Source: Patescibacteria group bacterium
Lineage (GTDB): Bacteria > Patescibacteriota > Patescibacteriia > UBA10025 > JAHIVO01
Assembly (NCBI GenBank): GCA_041650915.1
Contig: JBAZKE010000001.1
Coordinates: forward strand, 611,097-675,096
Reading direction: 5' to 3'
DNA length: 64,000 nucleotides
The position numbers were made by a program, and so were the translations under genes. The notes beneath the pieces were generated by a model, which saw only the letters and a program-made list of their open reading frames with translations, ran no database searches and was not told the origin of the DNA. How positions within the stretch are numbered: position 1 is the first letter of the stretch; each line of letters begins with the position of its first letter. Of the stretch, positions 9,574 through 20,308 are shown piece after piece.

Positions 9574-10308
9574 TCAATGTAACTGTTGTTTTTTCTTTTG
9601 CTGTGCGACTAAATTTGATGCCGCGAGCAGTGAATCAAACGATTCCCCTCCATCACCCCACCATCCCTTGAGGATAGAAAATGTCATCGTTCCATCTTTA
9701 ACGTACTTGTTGTTTACGTCCGTAATTTCGAGCTCTCCGCGTTTCGATGGTTTGAGTGTTTTGATATACTTAAAAACTTGGTTGTCATACATGTAAATCC
9801 CAACAACAGCAAGGTTGCTTTCTGGTTTTTTGGGTTTTTCTACAATTTTTTCAATTGTTCGCTTTTTAATGTAAGCGACGCCGAATGAAGATGGATTGTG
9901 CACCTCTTTTAAAAATATTTTTGCCCCGCGTAGCTGTACATCGAAATCCTTGACTGCCTGGACGATATTATCCTGGATGATATTATCTCCCAGAATAACG
10001 ATAACCTTTTCGTTATCCGCAAAATCTTCAGCCAAACCCAGCGCCTGCGCGATACCGCCCGGTTCTTCTTGAACGGCATAGGACAATTTAACGCCCAGAC
10101 TCTTTCCATTTCCTAGCATTTCTAAAAAATGGCCTGCATGCCCCCTTCCGGAAATGAGCAAAATATTATCCACTCCGGCCCGTTTCATCGTTTCGAGCGG
10201 ATAGTAAATCATCGGTTTATCATAAACCGGAAGCAAATGCTTGTTGGTAACTTTAGTAAGCGGGAAGAGCCTTGATCCTGTTCCGCCTGCGAGCACGATG
10301 CCTTTCAT
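9574..10308 (-). CDS. rmlA: Glucose-1-phosphate thymidylyltransferase (short-form RmlA-type sugar nucleotidyltransferase)
   Basis: MKGIVLAGGTGSRLFPLTKVTNKHLLPVYDKPMIYYPLETM is the canonical G.G.R nucleotide-binding loop; 244 aa short form; sits in an operon with rmlC, rmlD and rmlB. Confidence 0.85.
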   Translation of the reverse strand: MKGIVLAGGTGSRLFPLTKVTNKHLLPVYDKPMIYYPLETMKRAGVDNILLISGRGHAGHFLEMLGNGKSLGVKLSYAVQEEPGGIAQALGLAEDFADNEKVIVILGDNIIQDNIVQAVKDFDVQLRGAKIFLKEVHNPSSFGVAYIKKRTIEKIVEKPKKPESNLAVVGIYMYDNQVFKYIKTLKPSKRGELEITDVNNKYVKDGTMTFSILKGWWGDGGESFDSLLAASNLVAQQKKKQQLH

Positions 10309-10331
10309 AGAGTGTGATGATTATGAGAAGG

Positions 10332-10877
10332 TTAAAATGGGGATGAAATATCTGAAAACGGTCCGAGCTGACTGTCTTTGACGGACAGAATTGGCTTATG
10401 GATGGGCCAGTCAATCGAAAGGGTGGGATCATCCCACATAATGCCAGAATCGTGATCCGGAGCATACACATTATCCACCTTATATTGAAATTCAGTATGT
10501 GGTTTAAGCGTACAAAAACCGTGTGCGAAACCGCGCGGGGCATAAATCATTTTAAAATTTTCTGCAGTCAATTCGAATGCTTGCCACTGCCCATAGGTTG
10601 GAGAAGTTTTTCTGAGGTCAACAATGACGTCAAATACTGCACCGCGTGTGACTCGGACTAGTTTCGCTTGTTCAAATGGCGGCAGCTGAAAGTGAATGCC
10701 GCGAAGTACTCCAATTTGCTCAGATCTCGAGTGGTTGTCTTGCACGAACTCTGACGTGATACCTTTATTAAAAAAAACATCTTTCGAGTATGATTCCAGA
10801 AAAAAACCACGTTCATCCTTAAATACTTCAGGTTGGATGAGCCAAGCAGTATCGAATTTGGTTGTGATAAATTTCAT
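10332..10877 (-). CDS. rmlC: dTDP-4-dehydrorhamnose 3,5-epimerase
   Basis: 181-aa cupin protein. FKDERGFFLESYSK, VRVTRGAVFDVIVDLRKTSPTYGQW and YAPDHDSGIMWDDP match RmlC motifs. Confidence 0.9.
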   Translation of the reverse strand: MKFITTKFDTAWLIQPEVFKDERGFFLESYSKDVFFNKGITSEFVQDNHSRSEQIGVLRGIHFQLPPFEQAKLVRVTRGAVFDVIVDLRKTSPTYGQWQAFELTAENFKMIYAPRGFAHGFCTLKPHTEFQYKVDNVYAPDHDSGIMWDDPTLSIDWPIHKPILSVKDSQLGPFSDISSPF

Positions 10878-10878
10878 A

Positions 10879-11718
10879 TTATGGTCGCAGTAAATACGAC
10901 TTGAGCGCTTCTTCCCATCTCCTCATATGTGGCAGCTTCGTATTGAGTAAAACTGAATAGGGAGGCCTTTTTGCAGCGCGTGGATAGAATGACCCAGCCA
11001 CAGGATTGAGCTTAACACTGATGCCCGATTGAGTAAATATTTCTTGTGCGAAACCAAACCAGGTACATGCACCCTGATTCGTAATATGGTACGTTCCGAA
11101 TGGCAGTTGATTATCAATTAAGTATTTTGTCCTATCGGCCAAATCTTTTGCGTACGTAGGAGAAGAGAGCTCCTCATCCACGATATCGAGTTCTTTTTTT
11201 GATTGTGCCAATGTGAGCATAAGCTCAACAAAACTTTTTTTGCCGGATCTGCCTCGTGAGTTCTTTCCAAAGAGCCGGGAGAGGCGGATAATATAGTGGC
11301 AGTGGCACTTTCGGCGTACTTCATTTTCTCCCAGTAGTTTTGATTTGCCATAAATTGAAATTGGATCAGGGATATCATCTTCACGGTATCCCTTAACGAT
11401 ATTGCCGTTGAATACATAATCAGTGCTGAAGTGGACTAAAATGCCTCCAGCTGCTTCAACGGCAGATGCAAGGTATCCGGGGCCGTACCCATTAATATTC
11501 ATGGCAATAGCTTCCTCCCCTTCTGCTTTATCTACATCATTGAAAGCTGATGCATTTATAACGAGACCCGGTTTTTGGTTTGAAACCAGCTGAACCGACT
11601 GTTTCCTGTCGGTTATATCAAAATCTGAGTGATTCCACTGGATTGGCTTATACTCATGAAACGTATTCATCAGTTCCTGGCCGAGCATGCCTTGTGCACC
11701 TATAATGGCTACTTTCAT
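10879..11718 (-). CDS. rmlD: dTDP-4-dehydrorhamnose reductase
   Basis: MKVAIIGAQGMLGQEL Rossmann loop; YGKSKLLGE (Y...K catalytic dyad); 279 aa; ATG overlaps the upstream HD gene. Confidence 0.85.
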   Translation of the reverse strand: MKVAIIGAQGMLGQELMNTFHEYKPIQWNHSDFDITDRKQSVQLVSNQKPGLVINASAFNDVDKAEGEEAIAMNINGYGPGYLASAVEAAGGILVHFSTDYVFNGNIVKGYREDDIPDPISIYGKSKLLGENEVRRKCHCHYIIRLSRLFGKNSRGRSGKKSFVELMLTLAQSKKELDIVDEELSSPTYAKDLADRTKYLIDNQLPFGTYHITNQGACTWFGFAQEIFTQSGISVKLNPVAGSFYPRAAKRPPYSVLLNTKLPHMRRWEEALKSYLLRP

Positions 11719-12308
11719 AGTGAACTATTGCCAGTCATTTTTTTAATTGAATTCTGGACTGTGAGTAAACGTTTTCCTGCTCCGGGGTATTTTCGAAAAC
11801 GGCCATAGGCTTTCTTGAATGTGCCAATATATGGACCTGTTTTTTTTGCATAGCTACAGCGCGCATCACTGTATGCAAGAATTTTTTCTTCAGCGGATTG
11901 AGGAAAAAAATTTTTAGGAAGAAAGCCATTTTTCTTGTTTGTCGCCCTATCGAGCCCGCTTCCGCCTGCATGAGATACGCACATTCGTGCCAGTTCCGGA
12001 TATCCCTTTTTCAACATTATCTCATAACCCGCGTAGCAGTGGATGATTGCAGGCTTTAAAAGTTTCGATCCTTGGCTTCCCGTAACCATCCTGCCGATAT
12101 CATGAATGTAGCATCCCGTCTTCAGCATAGTACTGTTTATTTTCTGCCCGTTATCACGGGCTTGTTTCATGATGCTCCGTGCGAATTTCCATACAGTTTT
12201 AGAATGATCGTTAGTATTGCTTGCCTGCTTAGGAATGCCATTCTCAATTGCGATTTTTCTCATCCATCTCTGTATGGTTGAAATGGTTGGATACCGGCTA
12301 TGTCCCAT
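11715..12308 (-). CDS. HD-domain phosphohydrolase-like protein inserted in the rml operon
   Basis: 197 aa. H...HD...H...D metal-binding arrangement is visible (HSKTVWKFA, CYIHDIGRMV, HCYAGYEIM, SHAGG, YSDARCS). Function not assignable from sequence. Confidence 0.55.
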   Translation of the reverse strand: MGHSRYPTISTIQRWMRKIAIENGIPKQASNTNDHSKTVWKFARSIMKQARDNGQKINSTMLKTGCYIHDIGRMVTGSQGSKLLKPAIIHCYAGYEIMLKKGYPELARMCVSHAGGSGLDRATNKKNGFLPKNFFPQSAEEKILAYSDARCSYAKKTGPYIGTFKKAYGRFRKYPGAGKRLLTVQNSIKKMTGNSSL

Positions 12309-13395
12309 ATTGCTTTTTTAGGTATTCTCGGTGTTCTTTTTTTTGAAGTATCTTTTTCCACCACCACTCATTATTTTGGTACCATGCGATTGTTTTTTTC
12401 AGGTACGTATCGAGGTCATGGAGCGGCCGGTAACCGATTTCTTTTTTTGCCTTTGACCAGTCTACCGCGTACCGTCTGTCATGGCCAGGCCGGTCTTTGA
12501 TAAACTCCACCATTTCATTTCCTTTGCCCATGATTGACAGAACTTTATTGATGAGCGCGAGATTGTCCACGTCCTCAGTCAAGCCGCCAATACAGTACGT
12601 TTGACCAATTTTGCCTTTTGAAAGAATCAGATCAATTGCCCTCGCATGATCGTCTACGTAGAGCCAGTCTCGTATGTATTTTCCGTCGCCGTAGATTGGC
12701 ACCTTCTTCCCCTGCATGACATTAAGGATCGCTACGGGAAGCAGCTTTTCCGGATACTGATATGGTCCGAAGTTATTGGACGTATTTGAAATAGTAATCG
12801 GCAACCCAAATGTCGCGTAGTACGAACGTACAAGATGGTCGGCGCCAGCTTTTGAAGCTGAATACGGGCTCCGTGGGTCGTAGAGCGTTTTTTCATTGAA
12901 CTTACGCGTATCTTCTAATTTGAGCGCACCAAAAACTTCATCAGTTGAAACGTGGTGAAACCGTTTTCCTTCAAAACTACCTTGCTCATTTTTCCATACC
13001 TGTACGGCAGACTCTAGCAAAATATGGGTTCCCCACACGTTATTTAAAATAAAATCATAATTTAAAGAATCGGTAAATAATTCTCCCAGTTCCAGATTGA
13101 GAGTTCCCTTTTCGCGCAGCATAACCGACCTGTCTACGTGGGTACTAGCCGCAAAATGAATTATAGTGTCAATGTTATGCAATTGCAGCGTCTTGATGAC
13201 TTGCTTGATTTCACAAATATCCGCACGAACAAACGTATAGTGCGGATTGTCTTTCAGATCTACCAAATTATCGAGGTTGCCTGCGTATGTCAACTTGTCG
13301 AAATTAACAATCGTATCGCCCGGATGTTCACGCAACCAATAGCGAATGAAGTTTGAGCCGATGAACCCAGCTCCGCCGGTAACGAGTAATTTCAT
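12298..13395 (-). CDS. rmlB: dTDP-glucose 4,6-dehydratase
   Basis: MKLLVTGGAGFIGSNFIRYWL NAD-binding loop; YSASKAGADHLV (Y..K); 365 aa extended SDR. Confidence 0.9.
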   Translation of the reverse strand: MKLLVTGGAGFIGSNFIRYWLREHPGDTIVNFDKLTYAGNLDNLVDLKDNPHYTFVRADICEIKQVIKTLQLHNIDTIIHFAASTHVDRSVMLREKGTLNLELGELFTDSLNYDFILNNVWGTHILLESAVQVWKNEQGSFEGKRFHHVSTDEVFGALKLEDTRKFNEKTLYDPRSPYSASKAGADHLVRSYYATFGLPITISNTSNNFGPYQYPEKLLPVAILNVMQGKKVPIYGDGKYIRDWLYVDDHARAIDLILSKGKIGQTYCIGGLTEDVDNLALINKVLSIMGKGNEMVEFIKDRPGHDRRYAVDWSKAKKEIGYRPLHDLDTYLKKTIAWYQNNEWWWKKILQKKEHREYLKKQYGT

Positions 13396-13931
13396 ATTTT
13401 TAATAGTTTTTTTACACGGACGATGCCTGCGATGGCAGTCGCATCGTTAATAGTACCGTCCGATGCCCACCGGTATGCTATTTGAATCGGTACCGTCAGT
13501 ATTTTTTCGTGCTGTTCTTCCATATCGAGCTTAAATGCATGGTGACGCAGTCCCGTTGCTAAGAATAATCGGGTATCTTCCTGCACCACTCCTGGGCATC
13601 CGTTAACGTATCCGATCGATTTCCAGCTTCGTGCGCTTAAGCCTGTTTCTTCTCGCAATTCACGTTTTGCCGCACTGAGGTGCGATTCCCGTTTTTGCTT
13701 CCCGCCCCAGGGAAGTTCGATTGTCTCATGTCGAAGCGGATAACGCCATTGCCGAATGAGTGCAATTTCCATATTATCATTCAAAGCTACTATTGCAGAA
13801 GATCCGATTGTTTTTACGACTCCGTACGTGCCATGTACTCCCGATTTACGGACGATTACATCTTCACGAACTGTAATCCAGTCATTGTTATATACGATTC
13901 TGGATTTTTTTGTTGTCCATTGATTTTTCAT
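13392..13931 (-). CDS. NUDIX hydrolase (possible nucleotide-sugar pyrophosphatase), co-operonic with rmlB
   Basis: Nudix box GGKQKRESHLSAAKRELREETGL (G.5E.7REUXEE.GU). Track ORF starts at GTG 13937; the first ATG is at 13931. Confidence 0.75.
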   Translation of the reverse strand: MKNQWTTKKSRIVYNNDWITVREDVIVRKSGVHGTYGVVKTIGSSAIVALNDNMEIALIRQWRYPLRHETIELPWGGKQKRESHLSAAKRELREETGLSARSWKSIGYVNGCPGVVQEDTRLFLATGLRHHAFKLDMEEQHEKILTVPIQIAYRWASDGTINDATAIAGIVRVKKLLKI

Positions 13932-13942
13932 TCCCACTTTTT

Positions 13943-15632
<1,690 letters not shown>

Positions 15633-15633
<1 letters not shown>

Positions 15634-17174
15634 CAATTGAAAAGCTTATTTTTTATCTTAGTAAAAAAATTCTGGAAAGTAATAGGCTCTTTTTCAAGCG
15701 ATACTGACACTTCCTGAACATGAAGCAGTCTGCCATTTTCGGGCAGTCCCGGAAGCGTAATGATGAATTGGACAGAATTATCGGAGTAGTAGAGCTCGGG
15801 CACTTCAACTGTCGCAGTGGCCGTATGCCATTGTCCGTTTATTTCCGGCCGCTTATACTCTGCAATAATGTAATCATATCCGTCCAATGATTCTACGTCA
15901 TTGATGTCTGGTATCAACCCAAAAGTCGTATCAAAAAATTGATCTTGGGAAAAAATAAAATAACCGGAGCCCTGGAGGTAAACGTCATTTTTAGGACTAA
16001 CGATTTTTGTCATGCCAGTTAAATCGGTTGCTTCATATTCCGAATGTAAGCCTGTCAGTGCTAATTCCTGGGCTCCCACGGCCAGCGTTTGTAGCCCGTC
16101 ATTATGAGAAGTACGTGCGGAAATTGAAGGTGCATCTGAAAACAATGTAGTTGGCGTGATTATTTTATCTCCGAGAATATCCTGGTACTCTGCGTTATCC
16201 GTCAGATAAATCGAATCATGGAACATGAGTAAATGCTGGTAGCTGGAAATACCCTTTATAAAAACGTCATCATTGGTTTCAATCGCAATCCGGCAGGTCC
16301 CGTGATTCTCCATGGCAAGGGCTACCCTCAGTACTTGTTCATTATGCACACGCCCTGATGCGAATGTTTCGCCGTCATCAGCGACGATATATGACGCGAT
16401 TTCATTACCGCGAAAATCAAAAACATGCACCTGGATTGAATCTTCACCTTCGTGCCTGTTAATATCCTGGAATGAAAAGGTTATATCGAGCTGCTCATCA
16501 ATGCCAACATACGTGAAAATTTCATGGCTACCGCGCAAACTTTTTGTAATAGTCAATGGAACACTTTGAGCACGGTACCCGGGCATGACTTCCGATTTCA
16601 GGACAGGATAGTTGTACTGCAAGATTTCATTATCAGCAGGCCGGTCGTTTAAAAATTCATCAATTGTCAGGTAATTCCGCTTGCCCCGCTGCAGTAGGAT
16701 CAAATCACCTTCTTGAATGCTTTTCCAATCGCTCGTTCCGACAGAATTAATGACGTCTTCGATCGTTGGACTATAGTGTGCCATGGTTTCAAAAGCGTAT
16801 TGGCCGTCTGATTGCAGCACACCGAGGTTAAGAACTGGTTGTGCGTCCGGATTTTGATACGTGATGGAAATCGTCGCCTTAGGAAAAGGCCGGGGAACAT
16901 TGAGTGTAAAATACAGTGGTGACGTTGTAATCAACTGAGTTACTGCTTGGCCCCCTGACTCATCTTCCGAGCTGAAGTATCGCACTGGCTCTTTGGATGC
17001 GAAATTGCTTATAGATTTTGATCCATGCTCCGCGGTATATTGGAGTTCAAGCATTCCACCCGGTGCATAGTTTTGTACGATGATCCAGCCAATGAGAACC
17101 ATCGGGAGCAGCCAGATAGCGGTGCGCCAGTTCCAAATATTTTTAAAAACTTTCTTAATTCTTTCCAGCTCCAT
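15633..17174 (-). CDS. N-terminally membrane-anchored large extracellular protein (P1, 513 aa), paralogous to the 38426..39994 product; function unknown
   Basis: One N-terminal TM (AIWLLPMVLIGWIIVQNYA) then a hydrophilic, beta-rich region. Shares blocks with the 38426 protein (ISITYQNPDAQPVLNLGV versus VITVQYNPQNESEALLGIK; FDFRGNEIASYIVADDGE versus YDATGNEKLHVSLKDDGN). Directly downstream of a GT-C-like membrane protein. Confidence 0.5.
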
Positions 17175-17189
17175 AGTTATAGTTGTGGT

Positions 17190-17205
17190 ATATAGTATAC
17201 TATAT
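17190..17205. repeat. Perfect 16-bp palindrome ATATAGTATACTATAT in the 44-bp gap between the GT-C-like gene and its extracellular partner gene
   Basis: Read directly from sequence; the reverse complement is identical. It lies 15 nt upstream of the P1 start codon (minus strand) and contains -10-like TATACT/TATAGT on both strands. Confidence 0.6.
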
Positions 17206-17218
17206 TTTTAATTCGTTC

Positions 17219-18886
17219 TCAACGAGTTTTTATTGAATACAGAATCTCGTTGGATGGTTGAAAAGAAACAGTCGATCGCAGCAAATAATCGTTAGCACTG
17301 AAAAATTCCATGACTGATCCACTCATACTGTCCAGAGGATTGAACAGGTAGTAGAGCGGGGCTTGATCGAGAATCGTCTGTACCGCATGCTGGGTATTTT
17401 TATCCGGTAGCTGAACAATCACCCTTCGTTCGGGGAAAAAAACTTTATCAGCATATCCTGCAATTAAGACGGCATTAGGTTCTGTTGCTCCGAGTACTGC
17501 ATGCAGCTTTGAAACCGATTCGCTGATGTTTTTTCTTACTGCGAATAAGCCTTGCAGCGGATCATTTAAAACGGTATTGACTGAAAAAATGACGAGTGCC
17601 ATAAAACTACCGACCATGACGGTACGTTTGATGCAATTGCTTCTAAATATGCTACCCGCCAACTGTATGCCCTGAGCGCAAAAAGGCAATCCAAATACGA
17701 AAATCGGGAGCCAGTATCGCAAGTATGACGATCCTAATAAAATTTCTGTACGGTCAATATACTCATAAAAAACGTAAGAGCCATAGTATAGGATAAGCCA
17801 CAGCACGACTGCCGCGTATACGTACGTATACGCATACTGCCAGTTAATCGCCTTCCTGGGACTCTGAGCGCTTGAATTTTTTTTCTTCACTAATGCCAGT
17901 ATGCTGCTTCTGATGGAAGCGGCGAGCCCGATCACGATAAAAAATGCATACAACGGAAAAAATAAAAGCAAATACTGTATTGTTGCTGCTTGGATTCTTT
18001 CAAAATTTAGCCCGAAGGGAAATAAAAGTTTTTCAAATTTCAATAGAATTGATTGGGATGCCGTTTTTATACTGGAAAGGTCTGTGGATTCTGCTGAGTA
18101 ACCGAAAGCTAACGGAGATCCATACAGGCTGTTGTTGAGAACCAGCAGAACAACGCATGCAATAAGCAGCGCCCCAACAAATCCGATTAACGGAAATTTT
18201 TGTACATGTCTTCGATTAATTATTAATATGAAGGCTACCACAGGAATAACCCAGGTGATTTCGGATGTCCTAGTAATGAGCGCTAACCCAATCGCGATGC
18301 CTGACCCAATATTGTAAAACCATGCTGCATGTAATGAAGTTTGCCTCGTAAGAGAATATATTAAAAGTAGCAAGCCAATGATCAGAAAAACCAAAAATAG
18401 GACATTGTGAAATAAGCCTCGTGAACTAAAGTACCAGAATGGCGGCAGTGCGAACATGAGCAGTGAAGCAATGAATGAAATGTTTTTTGGAAAAAACTCT
18501 TTGCATAACAGATAAAAGCATATTACTCCGACAACGGCGAAGAAAGGAGTAAATAAAAAAATATATCCACTCCCGGCTACTTTTGCTAAGAAACCATATA
18601 ACAACGGAAGGCCCAAAAAACTGGCAGGTACCGTGCCTGAAGGTGTCACAATCATACTTCGGGGCACTACAATTCCGCCTGCTGCGTCATTCAGCGGCTC
18701 GTCATAGCGGAGGGAATTGTTTTCTGAAAAAAGGGAGCTAAAAAAATAATTTGCAGTCTCATCTGGCGAGGTAAACGTATTCTCGGTTTGAAAGTGCAGC
18801 CATGAGTATACAAAAAAGAAAAAACAGGCTAGAATGGTTAAAATACAAACGTGCCAATTTCGCTTTACGTATGCAGAAAATTCCAT
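17219..18886 (-). CDS. Large polytopic membrane protein, GT-C-like glycosyltransferase candidate (M1, ArnT/PMT-like architecture)
   Basis: 555 aa with more than 10 predicted TM helices. First extracytoplasmic loop carries an acidic motif (LRYDEPLNDAAGG) reminiscent of the GT-C catalytic loop. Adjacent to a GtrA-like gene and a UbiA/DPPR-synthase-like gene. Confidence 0.45.
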   Translation of the reverse strand: MEFSAYVKRNWHVCILTILACFFFFVYSWLHFQTENTFTSPDETANYFFSSLFSENNSLRYDEPLNDAAGGIVVPRSMIVTPSGTVPASFLGLPLLYGFLAKVAGSGYIFLFTPFFAVVGVICFYLLCKEFFPKNISFIASLLMFALPPFWYFSSRGLFHNVLFLVFLIIGLLLLIYSLTRQTSLHAAWFYNIGSGIAIGLALITRTSEITWVIPVVAFILIINRRHVQKFPLIGFVGALLIACVVLLVLNNSLYGSPLAFGYSAESTDLSSIKTASQSILLKFEKLLFPFGLNFERIQAATIQYLLLFFPLYAFFIVIGLAASIRSSILALVKKKNSSAQSPRKAINWQYAYTYVYAAVVLWLILYYGSYVFYEYIDRTEILLGSSYLRYWLPIFVFGLPFCAQGIQLAGSIFRSNCIKRTVMVGSFMALVIFSVNTVLNDPLQGLFAVRKNISESVSKLHAVLGATEPNAVLIAGYADKVFFPERRVIVQLPDKNTQHAVQTILDQAPLYYLFNPLDSMSGSVMEFFSANDYLLRSTVSFQPSNEILYSIKTR

Positions 18887-18960
18887 ATTGCTTTCACCAG
18901 TATACCACCCTGAGCCGCCTTTTCAAAATGCTTTTTTGTTGATAGTATGATAGCTGGCAT

Positions 18961-19341
18961 ATGAAAAAAAATGAACTCATTATTAGCCTTGTTTCCTTCG
19001 GATTCCTCGTTCTGATCGCTTTCATTCTCAGCTTTTTTTTAACACTGTCGGAAGCCTTTCGCCTTGTGTTTGGGACGATGTTTATCCTTTTTATCCCCGG
19101 ATTCGCGTGGAGCTGGATTTTTTGGAAGCGCGGCAGTATCGATGCAATCGAACGCGGGACACTGTCGATAGCGCTCTCTATTGCTTTTGTACCGCTCACA
19201 ACGTACTTGCTCTTCAAAGCCGGAATCGCCATTTCTTTATTCAATGTTTTGATCGAAGTCGCTGGTCTTATTATCGCGGCAATCGTGATAAAGTATTATG
19301 CCGATAAAAAAGAGAAGCGCCTGGGTTTTAAAAAACCATAA
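18961..19341 (+). CDS. Small 4-TM membrane protein, GtrA-like (candidate polyprenyl-phosphate-sugar flippase)
   Basis: 126 aa with four hydrophobic helices and a basic C-terminal tail (KYYADKKEKRLGFKK). Size and topology typical of the GtrA family; located between a GT-C-like gene and a UbiA gene. Confidence 0.4.
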   Translation: MKKNELIISLVSFGFLVLIAFILSFFLTLSEAFRLVFGTMFILFIPGFAWSWIFWKRGSIDAIERGTLSIALSIAFVPLTTYLLFKAGIAISLFNVLIEVAGLIIAAIVIKYYADKKEKRLGFKKP

Positions 19342-19385
19342 ATTACTAAGTTTCGACCGTGCAGCTCCTGTATTTTATAAAATCA

Positions 19386-20234
19386 ATGCGCCCGCATCAG
19401 TGGATTAAAAACCTGTTGCTATTTGCAGCGGTAATTTTTTCTAATAATCTATTCCACGCCGATCTCTTACTTACGTCGGTTTTTGCATTTGTTCTTTTCT
19501 GCGGCCTATCCGGAAGTTCGTATATTATCAACGATTTTATTGATAGGGATAAAGACAAAGGCCACCCGGAAAAAATAAAGCGTCCCCTTGCCTCCGGAAA
19601 GCTTAATTTCACTCTCGCGCTCTTTGGATCAGCTGCCATACTCATCGCTTCCATTGGCATTTCATTTTTCATTAATTACCGGTTTGCAATTATTACTATC
19701 ATATACCTTGCGCTCAATCTCCTGTACTCGGTTTTTTTAAAAAATTTCGCGATCATAGATGTCCTTGTAATTGCGCTTCTCTACGTCCTGAGGGCGGTGG
19801 CTGGAGCCGAAGCGATCGGTGTCGCAATTTCTCCGTGGCTGCTGATTTGTACGCTCCTACTCTCCCTCTTTCTCGCCTTTGGGAAACGGCGCCATGAGCT
19901 GACATCACTTGCGGCCAATGCGTCTGACCACCGTATTATACTCCGTGATTATTCAGAAAAGCTTCTTGATCAAATGATCGCAATCGTCACTGCATCAACG
20001 GTCATTGTTTACATTCTTTACACTGTTTCAGATGATGTGATAGCCCACTTTGGCACTACGAATCTCGTGTATACGGTACCATTCGTACTCTATGGAATTT
20101 TCAGGTACCTCTTTCTTATTCATAAGAGAGACCTCGGAGGCAGCCCCTCTAAAATTTTTTTAAATGATAGGCCGCTCTTGATTACTATTATGCTGTGGTT
20201 TTTAACTGTTATAGCAATTATTTACCTCCGATAG
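19386..20234 (+). CDS. UbiA-family prenyltransferase resembling decaprenyl-phosphate 5-phosphoribosyltransferase (DPPR synthase, Rv3806c-like)
   Basis: MRPHQWIKNLLLF N-terminus; Asp-rich motif NDFIDRDKDKGHPEKIKRPLASGKL, resembling the DPPR-synthase block NDvrDveaDreHPtKrfRPiAaG; second Asp-rich region; 8-9 TM. Track ORF starts at GTG 19359; the ATG at 19386 is preferred. Confidence 0.65.
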   Translation: MRPHQWIKNLLLFAAVIFSNNLFHADLLLTSVFAFVLFCGLSGSSYIINDFIDRDKDKGHPEKIKRPLASGKLNFTLALFGSAAILIASIGISFFINYRFAIITIIYLALNLLYSVFLKNFAIIDVLVIALLYVLRAVAGAEAIGVAISPWLLICTLLLSLFLAFGKRRHELTSLAANASDHRIILRDYSEKLLDQMIAIVTASTVIVYILYTVSDDVIAHFGTTNLVYTVPFVLYGIFRYLFLIHKRDLGGSPSKIFLNDRPLLITIMLWFLTVIAIIYLR

Positions 20235-20308
20235 ACTCGATCCGTACAAAAAAATATTCCCACATGAACTTATTTTCACTACTCAACTAACTTTTTACGA
20301 CCTACTAC

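Noticed and set aside
10253-10543. 96-aa ORF spanning the rmlA/rmlC junction on the minus strand
   Set aside because: It overlaps both well-supported genes in another frame; low-complexity, Arg-rich translation; no motif.
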